DNA of 64,000 nucleotides from an uncultured candidate division Zixibacteria bacterium (GTDB lineage Bacteria > Zixibacteria > MSB-5A5 > UBA10806 > 4484-95): contig CAXXKA010000008.1 in NCBI GenBank assembly GCA_963668625.2, positions 1,312,001-1,376,000 of the forward strand, in the 5' to 3' direction. The notes under the pieces were generated by a model, which did not search any database, was not told the DNA's origin, and saw only the letters and a list, made by a program, of their open reading frames with translations. Of the stretch, positions 1-10,654 are shown one piece after another. Every line of letters starts with the position of its first letter. The stretch's first letter is position 1. The translations under genes and the position numbers were made by a program.

Positions 1-1247
1 GTCTTCCCGAAGTGGCAACTTTCACGAGTGCCGGCGGCATAAATGATATTAAAGTACAGGGAAATTACGCTTACCTGGCTGATGGCGATAACGGTCTTGT
101 CATTATTGATATAAGCAATATGGATAGTTTATATCAAGTCAGTCAGTTCGAGCCGGACGACGCCGATATAAACGCGGTTGGTGTTTGTGTCGACGGTGAT
201 ATGGTATTCATCGCCGATGCCAATTCGGGGGTAGTCGTTGTTGATGTCACCGATCGAGCCGATCCCCAGTTGAAAGATACATATGATGCCCCGGGTACCG
301 CTCGCGGTATATATTGTGATAATGATAAAATCTATTTAGCCGATGAATCGAATCTTCATGTTTTCGAGATGGCCTCTCCCACCCAGGGGGATTCGCTGGA
401 GTTCCTGGGCAATATCGCTACCGATGGTACGGCTATAAATGTGATGGTATACGGTAACAATGCTTTCGTGGCGGATAACTATTACGGCACGCAGATTATC
501 GATATCAGCAATCCCGCCGCGATGGATATCGTCGGTAATGCCGCGCCGATTTGCTCGACATATATCTGGGCCGCCTGCAGAGTAGGTGTCGGTGAGGATG
601 ACCAGCGATACGGGGTCGCTTACACGACCGATTACGGGCGTTCCTGGACGACCGTTATAGAGGAGTCTGCCTGGGATTTCGCTTTCAAAGGCGATACGGT
701 GGTGGTTGCCACTGATAACGGCCTGTATATCAGCGGAGATTACAATACCTGGGAGAATATCACCGAGATGGCCGAATACAATGCCGATGGTGATATCGTG
801 AAAAGATATTTCCCCTCGGGAGTTTATGCGGTAGAGACAGTTGGCTCGAGTATCTGGGCCGGTGGCGCTGATGGCACTATATTCACCAATAGCGCGGATG
901 GCAACGGTGATAGAGTATGGCAGGTATATCGTTCCGAGTTGGATCCCTCGGGGCATTTCGCGTATCCCTCGCCATTCTCGCCGGTCTATTCCACGCGCCA
1001 GGGAACGACGATCCATTATATGCCTCCGCAAACGACCGATGTTACTATCAAGATATTCGATTTCAATTTGGACCTGGTGGCTACCGTAGCAAACGGCCAG
1101 ATACGAACCGGAGGAATCGAGTCGGACAACGATGTCTGGGATGGTAGAAACGATCAAGGGGAGTTGGTTGCTAACGGAATTTATTTTTATGAGATAAAAC
1201 TCGGCACTGGTGAGGACTGGTGGGGAAAGGTAGCGGTGGTAAAATGA
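1..1247 (+). CDS. LVIVD-repeat/beta-propeller secreted protein with C-terminal FlgD-Ig-like domain (5' end outside window)
   Basis: Repeats such as GNYAYLADGDNGLVIIDIS and NAFVADNYYGTQIIDIS; C-terminus AYPSPFSP...IKIFDFN...WDGRNDQGELVANGIYFY is typical of FlgD-Ig/CTD domains; frame is open from the window start. Confidence 0.8.
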   Translation, partial: LPEVATFTSAGGINDIKVQGNYAYLADGDNGLVIIDISNMDSLYQVSQFEPDDADINAVGVCVDGDMVFIADANSGVVVVDVTDRADPQLKDTYDAPGTARGIYCDNDKIYLADESNLHVFEMASPTQGDSLEFLGNIATDGTAINVMVYGNNAFVADNYYGTQIIDISNPAAMDIVGNAAPICSTYIWAACRVGVGEDDQRYGVAYTTDYGRSWTTVIEESAWDFAFKGDTVVVATDNGLYISGDYNTWENITEMAEYNADGDIVKRYFPSGVYAVETVGSSIWAGGADGTIFTNSADGNGDRVWQVYRSELDPSGHFAYPSPFSPVYSTRQGTTIHYMPPQTTDVTIKIFDFNLDLVATVANGQIRTGGIESDNDVWDGRNDQGELVANGIYFYEIKLGTGEDWWGKVAVVK

Positions 1248-2245
1248 GAAAGCTATTTTTTATAACAGCGCTTATTCTTTCGGTGGCGCTTATTGCCCCC
1301 GCTATGGCTGAAACAGGTAAAGCAGGTATGGCGGGCGCCTATATGAAATTCGGATTGGGTGCCAGGTCTTTGGGAATGGGTGGCGCGTTTACGGGCGTGG
1401 CCCAGGGTATTGATGCCGTATATTATAATCCCGGCGGTATAGGTTTTCGCCTGGAAAAAGAAGTGGGCTTTACCTATCACAGTCTCTCGCTCGACCGTCA
1501 CTTGAACAGCGGAGCCTTTTTATACCCTATCAGAAACGATGCCATACTTGGAGTATCCTGGATTAACAGCTATGTCGGTGATGTGCCGATGATCGATTCG
1601 GATCGTAACGTGTACGATGAATTCTCCAATCATAACAACTCGTTCGGACTTACGTTTTCCAAGGCGTTGCTCGAGCAGGTTTCGTTCGGCGCGAATCTCA
1701 GATATCTGCAGGCCACGCTTGACCAGTTGAATGCCTACACTATAGGTATCGATATGGGCGTACTGGCCAAGCCTATTCCGCATATGGCGGTTGGTCTTTC
1801 TGTCAGCGACCTGGGAACTAATTTCAGATGGGAATCACAGAACTATTGGTCGGGAGATCGTGGTGGTACTTTCGATGATAAATACCCTGTTCGTATCAGA
1901 GGGGGCATATCAGGAACTTTTCTCGATGAACAATTGTTGGCGGCAGTGGATGTCATGAAAGTCGAAAAACTCGATTTGAAAGTTTACGCCGGCGGCGAGT
2001 ATTTCTTCGTAAAGAAAGTCACCCGGCTGATCGAGGACGAGGAAGCCGAGGATGAATTGCGAGAGATAATTGAAAATAAGAAACTGCTTGGCATTAGAGC
2101 GGGGTTCTCCGATGGATCGGTTACTTTCGGCGGTAGTATATACTACCCCGTAGGCACCATGTCGGGCGGACTGGATTACGCTTTCATGAGCGGTAAGGAA
2201 GGCGAAGGCAGTTATCATATGTTTACGGCAAGGGTGATGTTCTAA
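1244..2245 (+). CDS. PorV/PorQ (UPF0164)-family outer-membrane beta-barrel protein
   Basis: Signal peptide, GLGARSLGMGGAF...AVYYNPGG motif, C-terminal aromatic residue (VMF); ATG overlaps the upstream stop (ATGA). Confidence 0.85.
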   Translation: MRKLFFITALILSVALIAPAMAETGKAGMAGAYMKFGLGARSLGMGGAFTGVAQGIDAVYYNPGGIGFRLEKEVGFTYHSLSLDRHLNSGAFLYPIRNDAILGVSWINSYVGDVPMIDSDRNVYDEFSNHNNSFGLTFSKALLEQVSFGANLRYLQATLDQLNAYTIGIDMGVLAKPIPHMAVGLSVSDLGTNFRWESQNYWSGDRGGTFDDKYPVRIRGGISGTFLDEQLLAAVDVMKVEKLDLKVYAGGEYFFVKKVTRLIEDEEAEDELREIIENKKLLGIRAGFSDGSVTFGGSIYYPVGTMSGGLDYAFMSGKEGEGSYHMFTARVMF

Positions 2246-3138
2246 TGAAAAAAGCGATTTTGTCAATCCTGGTATTATTGATTATGCCATCACTGCTTTA
2301 CGCGGATGCAGGCGAGTCGAGTTTCCGGTTCATGGGAATCGGCGTCGGTTCTCGTCCTGCTGCATTGGCCGAGGCGATGACAGCGGCATCCGGCGAGGTG
2401 ACCTCCGCCTTTTACAACCCGGCGTTATTGGGTTCGTTCTCTTCCAAAAATCAGGTAGCTTTCATGTACAATTCGTATTTCAGCGATCATACACAGAACT
2501 ATCTGGCGCTGGCAAGCAGGTCCTCCGATTACGCTATTGGCGGCTATATGGTATTAGGTGGCGTGGATGATTTCGAGCGCCGCACGGGGCCTTCGGAGAA
2601 TCCCGATGGCACTTTCGATGAGAATTATTTCGTTGGCGCCTTGACGTATAGCAGAAGTCTAAGCGGCATATATTTCGGTATCTCCACCAAGTACGCTTAC
2701 GAGAAAATAGACTACGCCGACGCCAGCTCTTTTTTGGTTGATCTTGGCGTATACGGCCGGCTAAACGAAGAGATTGGGCTGGGTGCAGCCGTTAAAAACA
2801 TTGGCTCGGAACCCGAGTTCACCGAACAGTCATACCCGGTATCGCAGGAATACAGGCTGGGACTCGCATACAAGCCATTGTTTATGAATCAGAATGTGGA
2901 GATGTTCGCCGACGGCGTGTTTTACAGCGATTTGGAACCTAAGTACAATTTCGGAGCGGAATATGGTCACGACGGCTACTTCGTATTGCGAGGTGGATAT
3001 GGTGTCGGCTACGATTCGCGAAGCCTGTCGTTAGGCGGCGGAGTCGTTTACAGGCAGTTTAAATTCGACTATGCTTTCGTTGGTTTCACTAATGATCTGG
3101 GGAATGCGCATCGCTTTACGTTGATAGCCGGTTTCTAG
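2245..3138 (+). CDS. PorV/PorQ (UPF0164)-family outer-membrane beta-barrel protein
   Basis: Signal peptide, GVGSRPAALAEA...AFYNPA motif, FDYAF...LGNAHRFTLIAGF C-terminus; translationally coupled to the previous gene. Confidence 0.85.
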   Translation: MKKAILSILVLLIMPSLLYADAGESSFRFMGIGVGSRPAALAEAMTAASGEVTSAFYNPALLGSFSSKNQVAFMYNSYFSDHTQNYLALASRSSDYAIGGYMVLGGVDDFERRTGPSENPDGTFDENYFVGALTYSRSLSGIYFGISTKYAYEKIDYADASSFLVDLGVYGRLNEEIGLGAAVKNIGSEPEFTEQSYPVSQEYRLGLAYKPLFMNQNVEMFADGVFYSDLEPKYNFGAEYGHDGYFVLRGGYGVGYDSRSLSLGGGVVYRQFKFDYAFVGFTNDLGNAHRFTLIAGF

Positions 3139-3348
3139 CGTTAACGTATATAGTAATTTAACTCCCTGGTTTAGATCATAAACACAGCTATTTTTGTTGT
3201 ATCTGTATTTCATATATGGATTATTGTTTACTTTTTTATTATAGATCATAAACCCTATTTAATTATCGCCGAAAACAGAAGTAAGGGCGCAGGGGTGGAA
3301 AAGTCAGTTATTAATGAAGTTTTAAATGTTTAAGGATATTTTTATCTA

Positions 3349-4737
3349 ATGGCTAAAGCAATTTTTTTAAACTGGCGGGAAGGCTCAGATCAATACGATA
3401 ATTTTGATATTCTCAAGGCCCCTGATCTTAATAATTACAATATGGTATTTTTCGATCCCTTGAATTTTGCTGTTAATCATAAACTTCGCGAAAATAGCCG
3501 GGATATCTCGACCTCGGAATATATCAAGCTGGATAAAGATGATCTTATGCGGTTGATGGCTAATTTCAAACGTATTACAGCCAAGTTCAGGGCTTTTCTA
3601 GATAATGAAGGCATTCTGGTAATCAGATCCAACATCCCTAACTCTTATATCCAGATTCGAAGTTTCGCCGCCAAGGGAACGCAGAAATTTACCGAGTCGG
3701 TTCTTTCGGCGTTTTTCTGGTTGGAGGAATTCATCGGCAAATACTCGTTTTTGTATCGCCTGTGCACTGCTATGGATTTCGTTGATTACGACAACGCGTT
3801 ATATAGGAACTTGAACGACTCGCCTATATCCGCTTACCAGAGTCATGATATCATTCCTGAGGGGCAGGTATCGGTTCTAGCCAGATGCGGCGGGCAGGGA
3901 TCGTTCCCGCTTTTAAGCAGAGTATCGTTAAAACCCAATCGGGGCGAGATATTTTTCATCCCTGAATTCAGGATCGCGAATGAATCAACCCAGCTAATAT
4001 CATGTTTTGAGGAGATCACATACGATTTAAAATCAGGCCTTTTCAAGCCCGGCTGGGTCACCAAATACGAACGCGAGATGAGCCTCAATAATCCGTTCAA
4101 AGAAGAAATCGAAACTATCAATCAGAAGATAGAACTCTATACCAAACGTAAGCTTACACTGGTCAAAAGAGCTAATAATATAATGAGTTGTACCGGCCTT
4201 CTGTACAAAGCTGGTGAGGAGCTAATGAGCGCAGTACGTAATGCTTTTGAGGCTTTAGGATTCGAGACCGGTGATAAGGTTAAATGGTTGGATGACAGCA
4301 AGGTGAGTTTTTGCCTTACTCTAAAGGATAAAATAACGGCGATAGTACAGGTAACTGATACGGAATTGGGGGCGGTGCCGGAGAATTATTTCGAGAGTTT
4401 AACTGATATAAAAGGCATCGATAAATTAGAGAGGCCACCCAAGATGATACTGGTAGCCAATACCGATAGATTAAATCAGCCTGTAGCCCGATCTCAAAGT
4501 TTCGCTGACAGTATTATAGAGTCGGCGCCTAAACATGAATACTGCCTGTTGCCTACTACAGAACTTTACGATGCCGTAAGTTATTCATGGTTCAAATCCA
4601 ATTCCGAACTATATGATGTGATCAGGACTAATCTTCGCAAGGATATCATGGGGTGTGTGGGCGAATTTAAAATCGATGAGAGAAAATACCTGATCAAAAA
4701 AACAACCACCAGAACCGCCGCCGTTACCGCAAAATAA
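3349..4737 (+). CDS. Hypothetical protein with coiled coil and C-terminal restriction-endonuclease-like (PD-(D/E)XK) fold, catalytic motif apparently degenerate
   Basis: 462-aa ORF; coiled coil followed by LLYKAGEELMSAVRNAFEALGF...KMILVAN...R...F...YCLLPTTELY, resembling the Mrr-like nuclease scaffold. Confidence 0.5.
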   Translation: MAKAIFLNWREGSDQYDNFDILKAPDLNNYNMVFFDPLNFAVNHKLRENSRDISTSEYIKLDKDDLMRLMANFKRITAKFRAFLDNEGILVIRSNIPNSYIQIRSFAAKGTQKFTESVLSAFFWLEEFIGKYSFLYRLCTAMDFVDYDNALYRNLNDSPISAYQSHDIIPEGQVSVLARCGGQGSFPLLSRVSLKPNRGEIFFIPEFRIANESTQLISCFEEITYDLKSGLFKPGWVTKYEREMSLNNPFKEEIETINQKIELYTKRKLTLVKRANNIMSCTGLLYKAGEELMSAVRNAFEALGFETGDKVKWLDDSKVSFCLTLKDKITAIVQVTDTELGAVPENYFESLTDIKGIDKLERPPKMILVANTDRLNQPVARSQSFADSIIESAPKHEYCLLPTTELYDAVSYSWFKSNSELYDVIRTNLRKDIMGCVGEFKIDERKYLIKKTTTRTAAVTAK

Positions 4738-4958
4738 TAATTTATTTATCAAGAATTCATCCAGGTCCGCCGTCTGTTAGCGAAGCGATGATTTGCTGCG
4801 TTTTGGATAGCGGCACATAAAAAAATAATTACTTGAAAATCTTATTATAATAATTGCTTATTTCGGTTGATATCCTGATACTATTTTTATAAATTCAACG
4901 GAATTTATAGTTCATTAAAAACAAAGACTTCAAGATATTTAATTTAAGGAGCAAGTTA

Positions 4959-6077
4959 ATGGCGAAGTACAAAATTGCCTGGCTTCCCGGTGATGGCGTT
5001 GGAAATGATGTCATGGAAGCCGCTAAAATCGTTTTAGACAAAATTAAACTGGATGCCGAGTATATTCATGGCGATATAGGTTGGGAGTTCTGGTGTAAAG
5101 AGGGTGATCCGCTTCCCGAGCGCACGGTAGAGTTGTGCAATAACACCGATTGCGCATTGTTCGGCGCGATTACCTCGAAACCCAAAGAAGAGGCCGAAAG
5201 AGAACTGGTACCCGAGCTTCAGGGCAAAGGCATGATTTATTCCAGCCCGATTGTCAGAATGCGCCAGGAGTTTAACCTTCGCACGAATCTTCGACCCTGC
5301 AAAGCCTACAAAGGCAACCCGCTTAACTATAAGGATGATATCGACCTGACGGTATTCCGCGAAAATACCGAGGATTTATACTCCGGTATCGAGTTCCATC
5401 CGGTACCCGATGAGGTCCGTAATGCCATCAACAAGAATCATCCGAAAATGAAGCGTTTCATGGATACCCCGGCTGACGAGATCGCTTTCTCGTTGCGTGT
5501 TATTACCAAGAAAGCCAGCCGTAATATTATCACGGATGCTTTCGATTATGCCAAGAAATTCGGATTAAAAACAGTGACCGTAGTCGAAAAACCGAATGTC
5601 ATTCGCGAAACCTCCGGTTTGATGGTTCGTACCGCTCGCGAGGTGGCAAAGAATTACCCCGGTATCGAACTGTGGGAGACAAATATCGATGCTATGTGTA
5701 TGTGGCTGGTGAAAAATCCGCAGGATTATTCTGTGATGGTTACCTCCAACATGTTCGGTGATATCATCTCCGATTTGGCGGCGCAGCTGGTCGGCGGTCT
5801 GGGATTCGCCTGCAGCGGTAATATCGGCGATAATTACGCGGTATTCGAACCGACTCACGGCTCGGCTCCGAAATACGCCGGTAAATATAAAGTCAACCCG
5901 ATTGCAATGCTGCTTTCGGTTAAAATGATGCTCGACTACCTGGGCGAGTTCGACAGCGCCAAAAAGCTGGAGAAAGCTATCGCCGAGGTCATCGCCGAGG
6001 GTAAAATTCGCACCTATGATATGGGTGGTTCCAATACCTCACTCGAGGTTGCCGAGGCAGTTGCCGCGAAAATGTAA
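4959..6077 (+). CDS. Isocitrate/isopropylmalate dehydrogenase family protein
   Basis: [34 protein letters not shown] and [13 protein letters not shown] motifs; AAGGAG RBS. Confidence 0.95.
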   Translation: MAKYKIAWLPGDGVGNDVMEAAKIVLDKIKLDAEYIHGDIGWEFWCKEGDPLPERTVELCNNTDCALFGAITSKPKEEAERELVPELQGKGMIYSSPIVRMRQEFNLRTNLRPCKAYKGNPLNYKDDIDLTVFRENTEDLYSGIEFHPVPDEVRNAINKNHPKMKRFMDTPADEIAFSLRVITKKASRNIITDAFDYAKKFGLKTVTVVEKPNVIRETSGLMVRTAREVAKNYPGIELWETNIDAMCMWLVKNPQDYSVMVTSNMFGDIISDLAAQLVGGLGFACSGNIGDNYAVFEPTHGSAPKYAGKYKVNPIAMLLSVKMMLDYLGEFDSAKKLEKAIAEVIAEGKIRTYDMGGSNTSLEVAEAVAAKM

Positions 6078-6098
6078 TAAAAAATCTTAATCGTAACA

Positions 6099-6130
6099 CG
6101 CCCCCCGGCATCCTCGCCGAGGGGCTTTTT
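6099..6130 (+). terminator. Probable intrinsic terminator
   Basis: gccccccggc-atcctc-gccgaggggc stem followed by ttttt. Confidence 0.6.
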
Positions 6131-6153
6131 AAAATCACGAAAGCGAGGACGAC

Positions 6154-6525
6154 ATGCCCGAATTCGTAACTTGTTTAAACTGTATGGACGGCCGAGTACA
6201 AAAAGCTATGATCGACTGGCTTACAAAAGAGTTCGATGCTGAACATGTCGATATGATTACCGAAGCCGGTATGGATGGCTTTATAGTAAGACATGATGAT
6301 TTACCTGAATCGTTGCTGCATAAAATCGACATCTCGGTTGAAAAGCATGGTTCGAATGATATTTTCATCGTTGGGCATTATGATTGTGGAGGTCATCCCG
6401 GCGAGAGAGAAATGCATCATGAGGATGTAAAACTATCAATTGAAAAGATCAAAAAGCTTTATCCTGATTGCAGCGTCTCCGGAGTCTGGATTCCCGAAAC
6501 ATGGAAGCCGGAGAAAATCGATTAA
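6154..6525 (+). CDS. Small putative beta-class carbonic anhydrase
   Basis: CMDGR and GHYDCGG zinc-ligand motifs. Confidence 0.8.
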   Translation: MPEFVTCLNCMDGRVQKAMIDWLTKEFDAEHVDMITEAGMDGFIVRHDDLPESLLHKIDISVEKHGSNDIFIVGHYDCGGHPGEREMHHEDVKLSIEKIKKLYPDCSVSGVWIPETWKPEKID

Positions 6526-6602
6526 GCTTTTTAATGAGCTTGTTTTAAAAAGCACAATATATATATTAGCATCAATAAGTATTAAACACTTTTAAACGGG
6601 GA

Positions 6603-7682
6603 GTGAAAATGCGCGCATCCAGACCACATCTTAGCAGAATATTATTATCATTAGCTGTTTTTGTGATTGCAATATTCAGTGTAAACACGATTGCCCTGGC
6701 GCTTGATACATCAACGCAGGGCGGCATAGTATTGCCTCAGCTTGATGATCATGAGGAGGACCACGGGGCGTCCACAGGACAGGCCGAGCACGCCCAGGAG
6801 AGGAAAGCTCCCGGTGTGTTGGATTTCTTCGTTACCGGTAAGTTCCTGACTATCTTCGCGCTGATGATCATCGGCTTGGTACTCCTGCTGGTCAGAAAAA
6901 TCAACCTCTGGGTTCGTATTGTCATGATGCTGGCGGCATTTGTTATTTTCGGTCTGGAGTTCGTTTTCCCGCTTCACCCGAGCCCCATGTGCGCAACAAC
7001 CAAGATGTTCATGTTCAAGGTCACTCAGGGGCAGTTTTTCGCGATATTCGTAGCCTCGTTTTTAGCTATGATTGTCCCCAGTATAATCTGGCGAAAGCCA
7101 TTTTGCGGCTGGGTATGTCCCCTGGGCGCGATGCAGGAGCTTATCAACAAGATCCCGCATAAGTACAAATGGAAACAGTTCAATTTCACGGCCTTCAACT
7201 CGGTCCGCATGATGCTTTTAGCGATGTTTTTCCTGACATTCTTTTTCGTGATGTGGCAGATACAGATGCTGGGTGAGAATATCGAGGCCGATACTACCAT
7301 ACCGATGTGGAAAGCTTTCATGGCGTATAACATATACGAACCGATAAACATGTTCGAGATTCTTCACTGGCAATTCGATACTCTTATAGTCATCCTGTTT
7401 ATCGTATTGATTATCTCCAGCCTTATAATCTACCGGCCGTTCTGTTATCTGATTTGCCCGATAGGCGCGATTAGCTGGTTACTCGAAAAGATCGCCCCGG
7501 GAAGGGTTCGTTACGATGCCGATAAGTGTACCGATTGCGGCAAGTGTGAGGAGAAAAGCCCCTGTCCTACTATCTATAAGTTGCGTGATCCGAAAACAAA
7601 ATCATTGCCCGATTGCACCTCGTGTGGTGAGTGCGTGGACGCCTGCAGTGATGATGCTTTGAAATTCGGGTTTAAAAAGTAA
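6603..7682 (+). CDS. Membrane 4Fe-4S binding protein (NapH/MauN-like polyferredoxin)
   Basis: Several TM helices, FCGWVCPLGA and FCYLICPIGA motifs, C-terminal CxxCxxC...CP and CxxCxxCxxxC clusters. Confidence 0.85.
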   Translation: MKMRASRPHLSRILLSLAVFVIAIFSVNTIALALDTSTQGGIVLPQLDDHEEDHGASTGQAEHAQERKAPGVLDFFVTGKFLTIFALMIIGLVLLLVRKINLWVRIVMMLAAFVIFGLEFVFPLHPSPMCATTKMFMFKVTQGQFFAIFVASFLAMIVPSIIWRKPFCGWVCPLGAMQELINKIPHKYKWKQFNFTAFNSVRMMLLAMFFLTFFFVMWQIQMLGENIEADTTIPMWKAFMAYNIYEPINMFEILHWQFDTLIVILFIVLIISSLIIYRPFCYLICPIGAISWLLEKIAPGRVRYDADKCTDCGKCEEKSPCPTIYKLRDPKTKSLPDCTSCGECVDACSDDALKFGFKK

Positions 7683-7683
7683 G

Positions 7684-8796
7684 CTAAAAGATCTCTTGCA
7701 AAGCCTCGGTAAACCTGCCGAGGCTTTGTTTTAGCCCGGCTGTATCGCCTCCGAAACCGATACGAATATGACTCGGCGCCCTGAAAAAACTCCCCGGTAC
7801 CAGGTATATCTTATATCTATCAATAAGCTTTTGAACCAGCGTATCAGTATTATCAACGCCGTTTACTTTCGGGAAATAAACACAGCCGTATCGGGGCGGA
7901 TCGCCGGAGATAATCTCTTTATCAATAAGAGGTTGAATGTACTGAGACATAATCTCAGTGTTGTCTTTTAAAGTGACTAAAGCCTGTTTTCGGTAGCTTT
8001 CCAGGTTCTCCATCACCAGGGATGAGAACGATTCTAAGAGCCGCGAACCGGAGCCCTCGACGAAATTTTGGATAAACTTGACTTTTGAGGTGATTTTCTC
8101 GTTGGCAACTAACCAGCCATGATGGATTATGCCCAGGCCGTAAACTTTAGTAAGGCTGTTTAAAGAGATGATGTTATCATCCAGATTATACGAACAGCTT
8201 AGATCCCCCGGCATGAAATCGCGGTATATCTCATCGATGAAAATGACGATCTCGGGGTTGATTTTCTTGGCCGCTATCGCCAGCTCCTTGATCGTATCAT
8301 CCGTGATAAATACTCCGGTGGGATTGTGGATATTTGTCAGCATAATCATTTTCGTTGAGGGCCTGACCAGCGATACGAGACATTCTATATCTAACTTTCC
8401 CGCCTCGGCCGATCTATCGTAAAATGTGATATCCGTGCCTATGTCCATGGGGGCCATTGTCAGCGCCTGGTACACCGGGGTCTCTACTAACACATGGTCG
8501 CCTTTTTCCAACACGGCTTTGCAGACCAGATAGATCGCGTTGGAAACGCCGTTGGTGATTACGATCCGTTCGGGATCGAGGTTATAGCGAGCCGCTATCG
8601 CATCGATGAACAACGGATGGCCGTAAGCATTGGAATAAGGGATGCGCTTTTCCACCTGCCGGCTGAATTTCTTCAGATCAGCCAATAATAACTCGGTAGG
8701 TTGGGATACGGAACTGGCCATCAGGAGATTAATATCATCCCTATTAGTGATTTCGATTTCGATATCTTTATACCATGCGAGGTAGTTATTATCCAT
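7684..8796 (-). CDS. PLP-dependent aminotransferase class I/II
   Basis: TNIHNPTG, IDEIY and NSLTKVYGL motifs. Confidence 0.9.
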   Translation of the reverse strand: MDNNYLAWYKDIEIEITNRDDINLLMASSVSQPTELLLADLKKFSRQVEKRIPYSNAYGHPLFIDAIAARYNLDPERIVITNGVSNAIYLVCKAVLEKGDHVLVETPVYQALTMAPMDIGTDITFYDRSAEAGKLDIECLVSLVRPSTKMIMLTNIHNPTGVFITDDTIKELAIAAKKINPEIVIFIDEIYRDFMPGDLSCSYNLDDNIISLNSLTKVYGLGIIHHGWLVANEKITSKVKFIQNFVEGSGSRLLESFSSLVMENLESYRKQALVTLKDNTEIMSQYIQPLIDKEIISGDPPRYGCVYFPKVNGVDNTDTLVQKLIDRYKIYLVPGSFFRAPSHIRIGFGGDTAGLKQSLGRFTEALQEIF

Positions 8797-8918
8797 AGAT
8801 TGCTAATAAATACTATTTATGAAAATATGCAATCAAAATAGGCCGAATCGGTTGATAACAGGCTGCGGATTTGCTATGTTATATCGATTGATGCACCATC
8901 TACGAACAAGGAGACACG

Positions 8919-10055
8919 ATGAAAGATAAACGCAACGAAGTTTTAGCACATCAGTTGATAGACTATTCGACCGAGCTGAAAAAGGGCGAGACATTATATC
9001 TCGAGATAAAGGGCAAAGAGACCCTGGAGCTGGGTAAGGAGATCATCCGCTACGCCACGCAGAAAGGCGCGACAACGTTCTGGTACTATAATGACGAGTC
9101 ACTGCTTCGCCACTGGGTAGGCAACGCCGGTGATGACCAGTTCAAGCGTCAGGCGGAATTACATCTGGAACTGATGAAAAAGTCCGATGCCTATATCGGA
9201 TTGCGTGGTTCGGATAATCCGTTCGATATGGCCGATATCGACCAGAAGCAGACCGAGAAAATGAATTCCCTGTTTTATAAACCGGTTCATCTCGAACAAC
9301 GCGTGAAACGTACTCGCTGGGTGATACTCCGTTTCCCCAATAACGCCATGGCTCAACTGGCCGAGACCAGCCAGGAAAAGTTCGAGGATTTCTACTACCA
9401 GGTCTGCTGTGCCGATTACGCTATGATGTCGAAGGCGCAGGATAAGCTTTACGCCTTGATGGACGCCACCGACAAGGTGCATATCAAGGCTCCCGATACC
9501 GATTTGACTTTCTCGATCAAAGGTATCGGCGTGGTCAAGTGTGATGGCAAACGCAATATCCCCGACGGCGAAGTATATACCGCGCCGGTGAGGGATTCAA
9601 TCAACGGCACTATCAAGTACAATACACCCTCGCTGTACCAGGGTAATATCTACACCGGTATCACGTTCACGTTCGAAAACGGCAAGATAGTTAAAGCCAC
9701 CGCCGATGGTAATGTCGATAAGCTCAATAAAGCTTTGGATACGGACGAAGGCGCGCGTTATATCGGCGAGTTCGCCATAGGTGTCAATCCGTTTATTCTT
9801 TACCCGATGAAGGACACACTCTTTGATGAGAAGATTGCCGGTAGTTTCCATTTCACACCCGGCCAGTGCTACGATGAGGCGCCCAACGGCAACGATTCAG
9901 CCATACACTGGGATCTGGTATTGATTCAACGTCCCGATTACGGTGGCGGCGAGATCTGGTTCGATGACAAGCTGATCCGCAAGGATGGTGTATTCACCGA
10001 TCCCGAGCTGGAGAAGATGTTCTCGAAAGAGAATCTGGGCAGCAAAGAGCTGTAA
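8919..10055 (+). CDS. Aminopeptidase, M29 family (AmpS/PepS/AmpT type)
   Basis: NIPDGEVYTAP, GARYIGEFAIG, LFDEKIAGSFH and NDSAIHWDLV motifs. Confidence 0.95.
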   Translation: MKDKRNEVLAHQLIDYSTELKKGETLYLEIKGKETLELGKEIIRYATQKGATTFWYYNDESLLRHWVGNAGDDQFKRQAELHLELMKKSDAYIGLRGSDNPFDMADIDQKQTEKMNSLFYKPVHLEQRVKRTRWVILRFPNNAMAQLAETSQEKFEDFYYQVCCADYAMMSKAQDKLYALMDATDKVHIKAPDTDLTFSIKGIGVVKCDGKRNIPDGEVYTAPVRDSINGTIKYNTPSLYQGNIYTGITFTFENGKIVKATADGNVDKLNKALDTDEGARYIGEFAIGVNPFILYPMKDTLFDEKIAGSFHFTPGQCYDEAPNGNDSAIHWDLVLIQRPDYGGGEIWFDDKLIRKDGVFTDPELEKMFSKENLGSKEL

Positions 10056-10066
10056 ATAAGTTTTTG

Positions 10067-10101
10067 GTAGGTCAGGCCCACTTGGGGCCTGACTAACCCG
10101 C
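10067..10101 (+). repeat. REP-like palindrome (GTAG-GTCA...TGAC type), second copy at 36486-36520
   Basis: gtaggtcaggcccacttggggcctgactaacccgc versus gtaggtcaagtccacttgggacttgactaacccgc, with compensatory stem changes. Confidence 0.75.
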
Positions 10102-10214
10102 TGTGGCTGGCAGGCATCCTCGTCTACCGGCTTTCGTTAGCAGGTAGACAAGTCGGGGAACCGCCAGGGCAAGCGAGGACTCACCCTGACCACGCCAATT
10201 ACATTTTTAGGTTG

Positions 10215-10300
10215 GATATATAAATTTTTTGTAGGGGCGTATCGATATACGCCCTTTTTAATGCTTGAGGTTTTAACGCGAGTTACTGCCGTTGATTAGC
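10215..10300 (+). repeat. ~86-bp direct repeat containing a GTAG REP (copy 1; copy 2 at 10551-10637; partial copy near 11855-11890)
   Basis: gatatataaattttttgtaggggcgtatcgatatacgccc...ggttttaacgc...gttgattagc present twice, flanking a MITE. Confidence 0.85.
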
Positions 10301-10307
10301 TTTTTTT

Positions 10308-10544
10308 CCATCTCGTTGCGAAGCGCTGCTTCGCAACGTGGCTTGTTTGCCTGCAGAATGCGCATTCTACATGACTCAAGAAGGTTTCCAAGCAGCGCTT
10401 GGAAACCAGGAAACTAAGCCTAACATCAGCAGGACATATCAGGATGCATGATACGCTGAATATAATAATTATATCGGAAAATATCTTTTACTGACAATTC
10501 CAAGGAGAAATTTGATATTTACCGAAAAACACCGGACACTGGTG
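10308..10544 (-). mobile_element. MITE-1 copy in reverse orientation, one terminus missing
   Basis: Reverse-complement match to 16272-16524 and 44643-44897; TIR ccggacactggtg at 10532-10544. Confidence 0.85.
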
Positions 10545-10550
10545 AGGGTA

Positions 10551-10637
10551 GATATATAAATTTTTTGTAGGGGCGTATCGATATACGCCCTTTTAAAATT
10601 CTTGTGGTTTTAACGCAAGTTGCTACCGTTGATTAGC
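10551..10637 (+). repeat. ~86-bp direct repeat containing a GTAG REP (copy 2)
   Basis: Near-identical to 10215-10300. Confidence 0.85.
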
Positions 10638-10654
10638 ATTTCCGCACCCACGGA

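Noticed and set aside
10215-10637. Possible CRISPR array from repeated palindromes
   Set aside because: Only two long repeats with irregular spacing, no spacer periodicity and no cas genes
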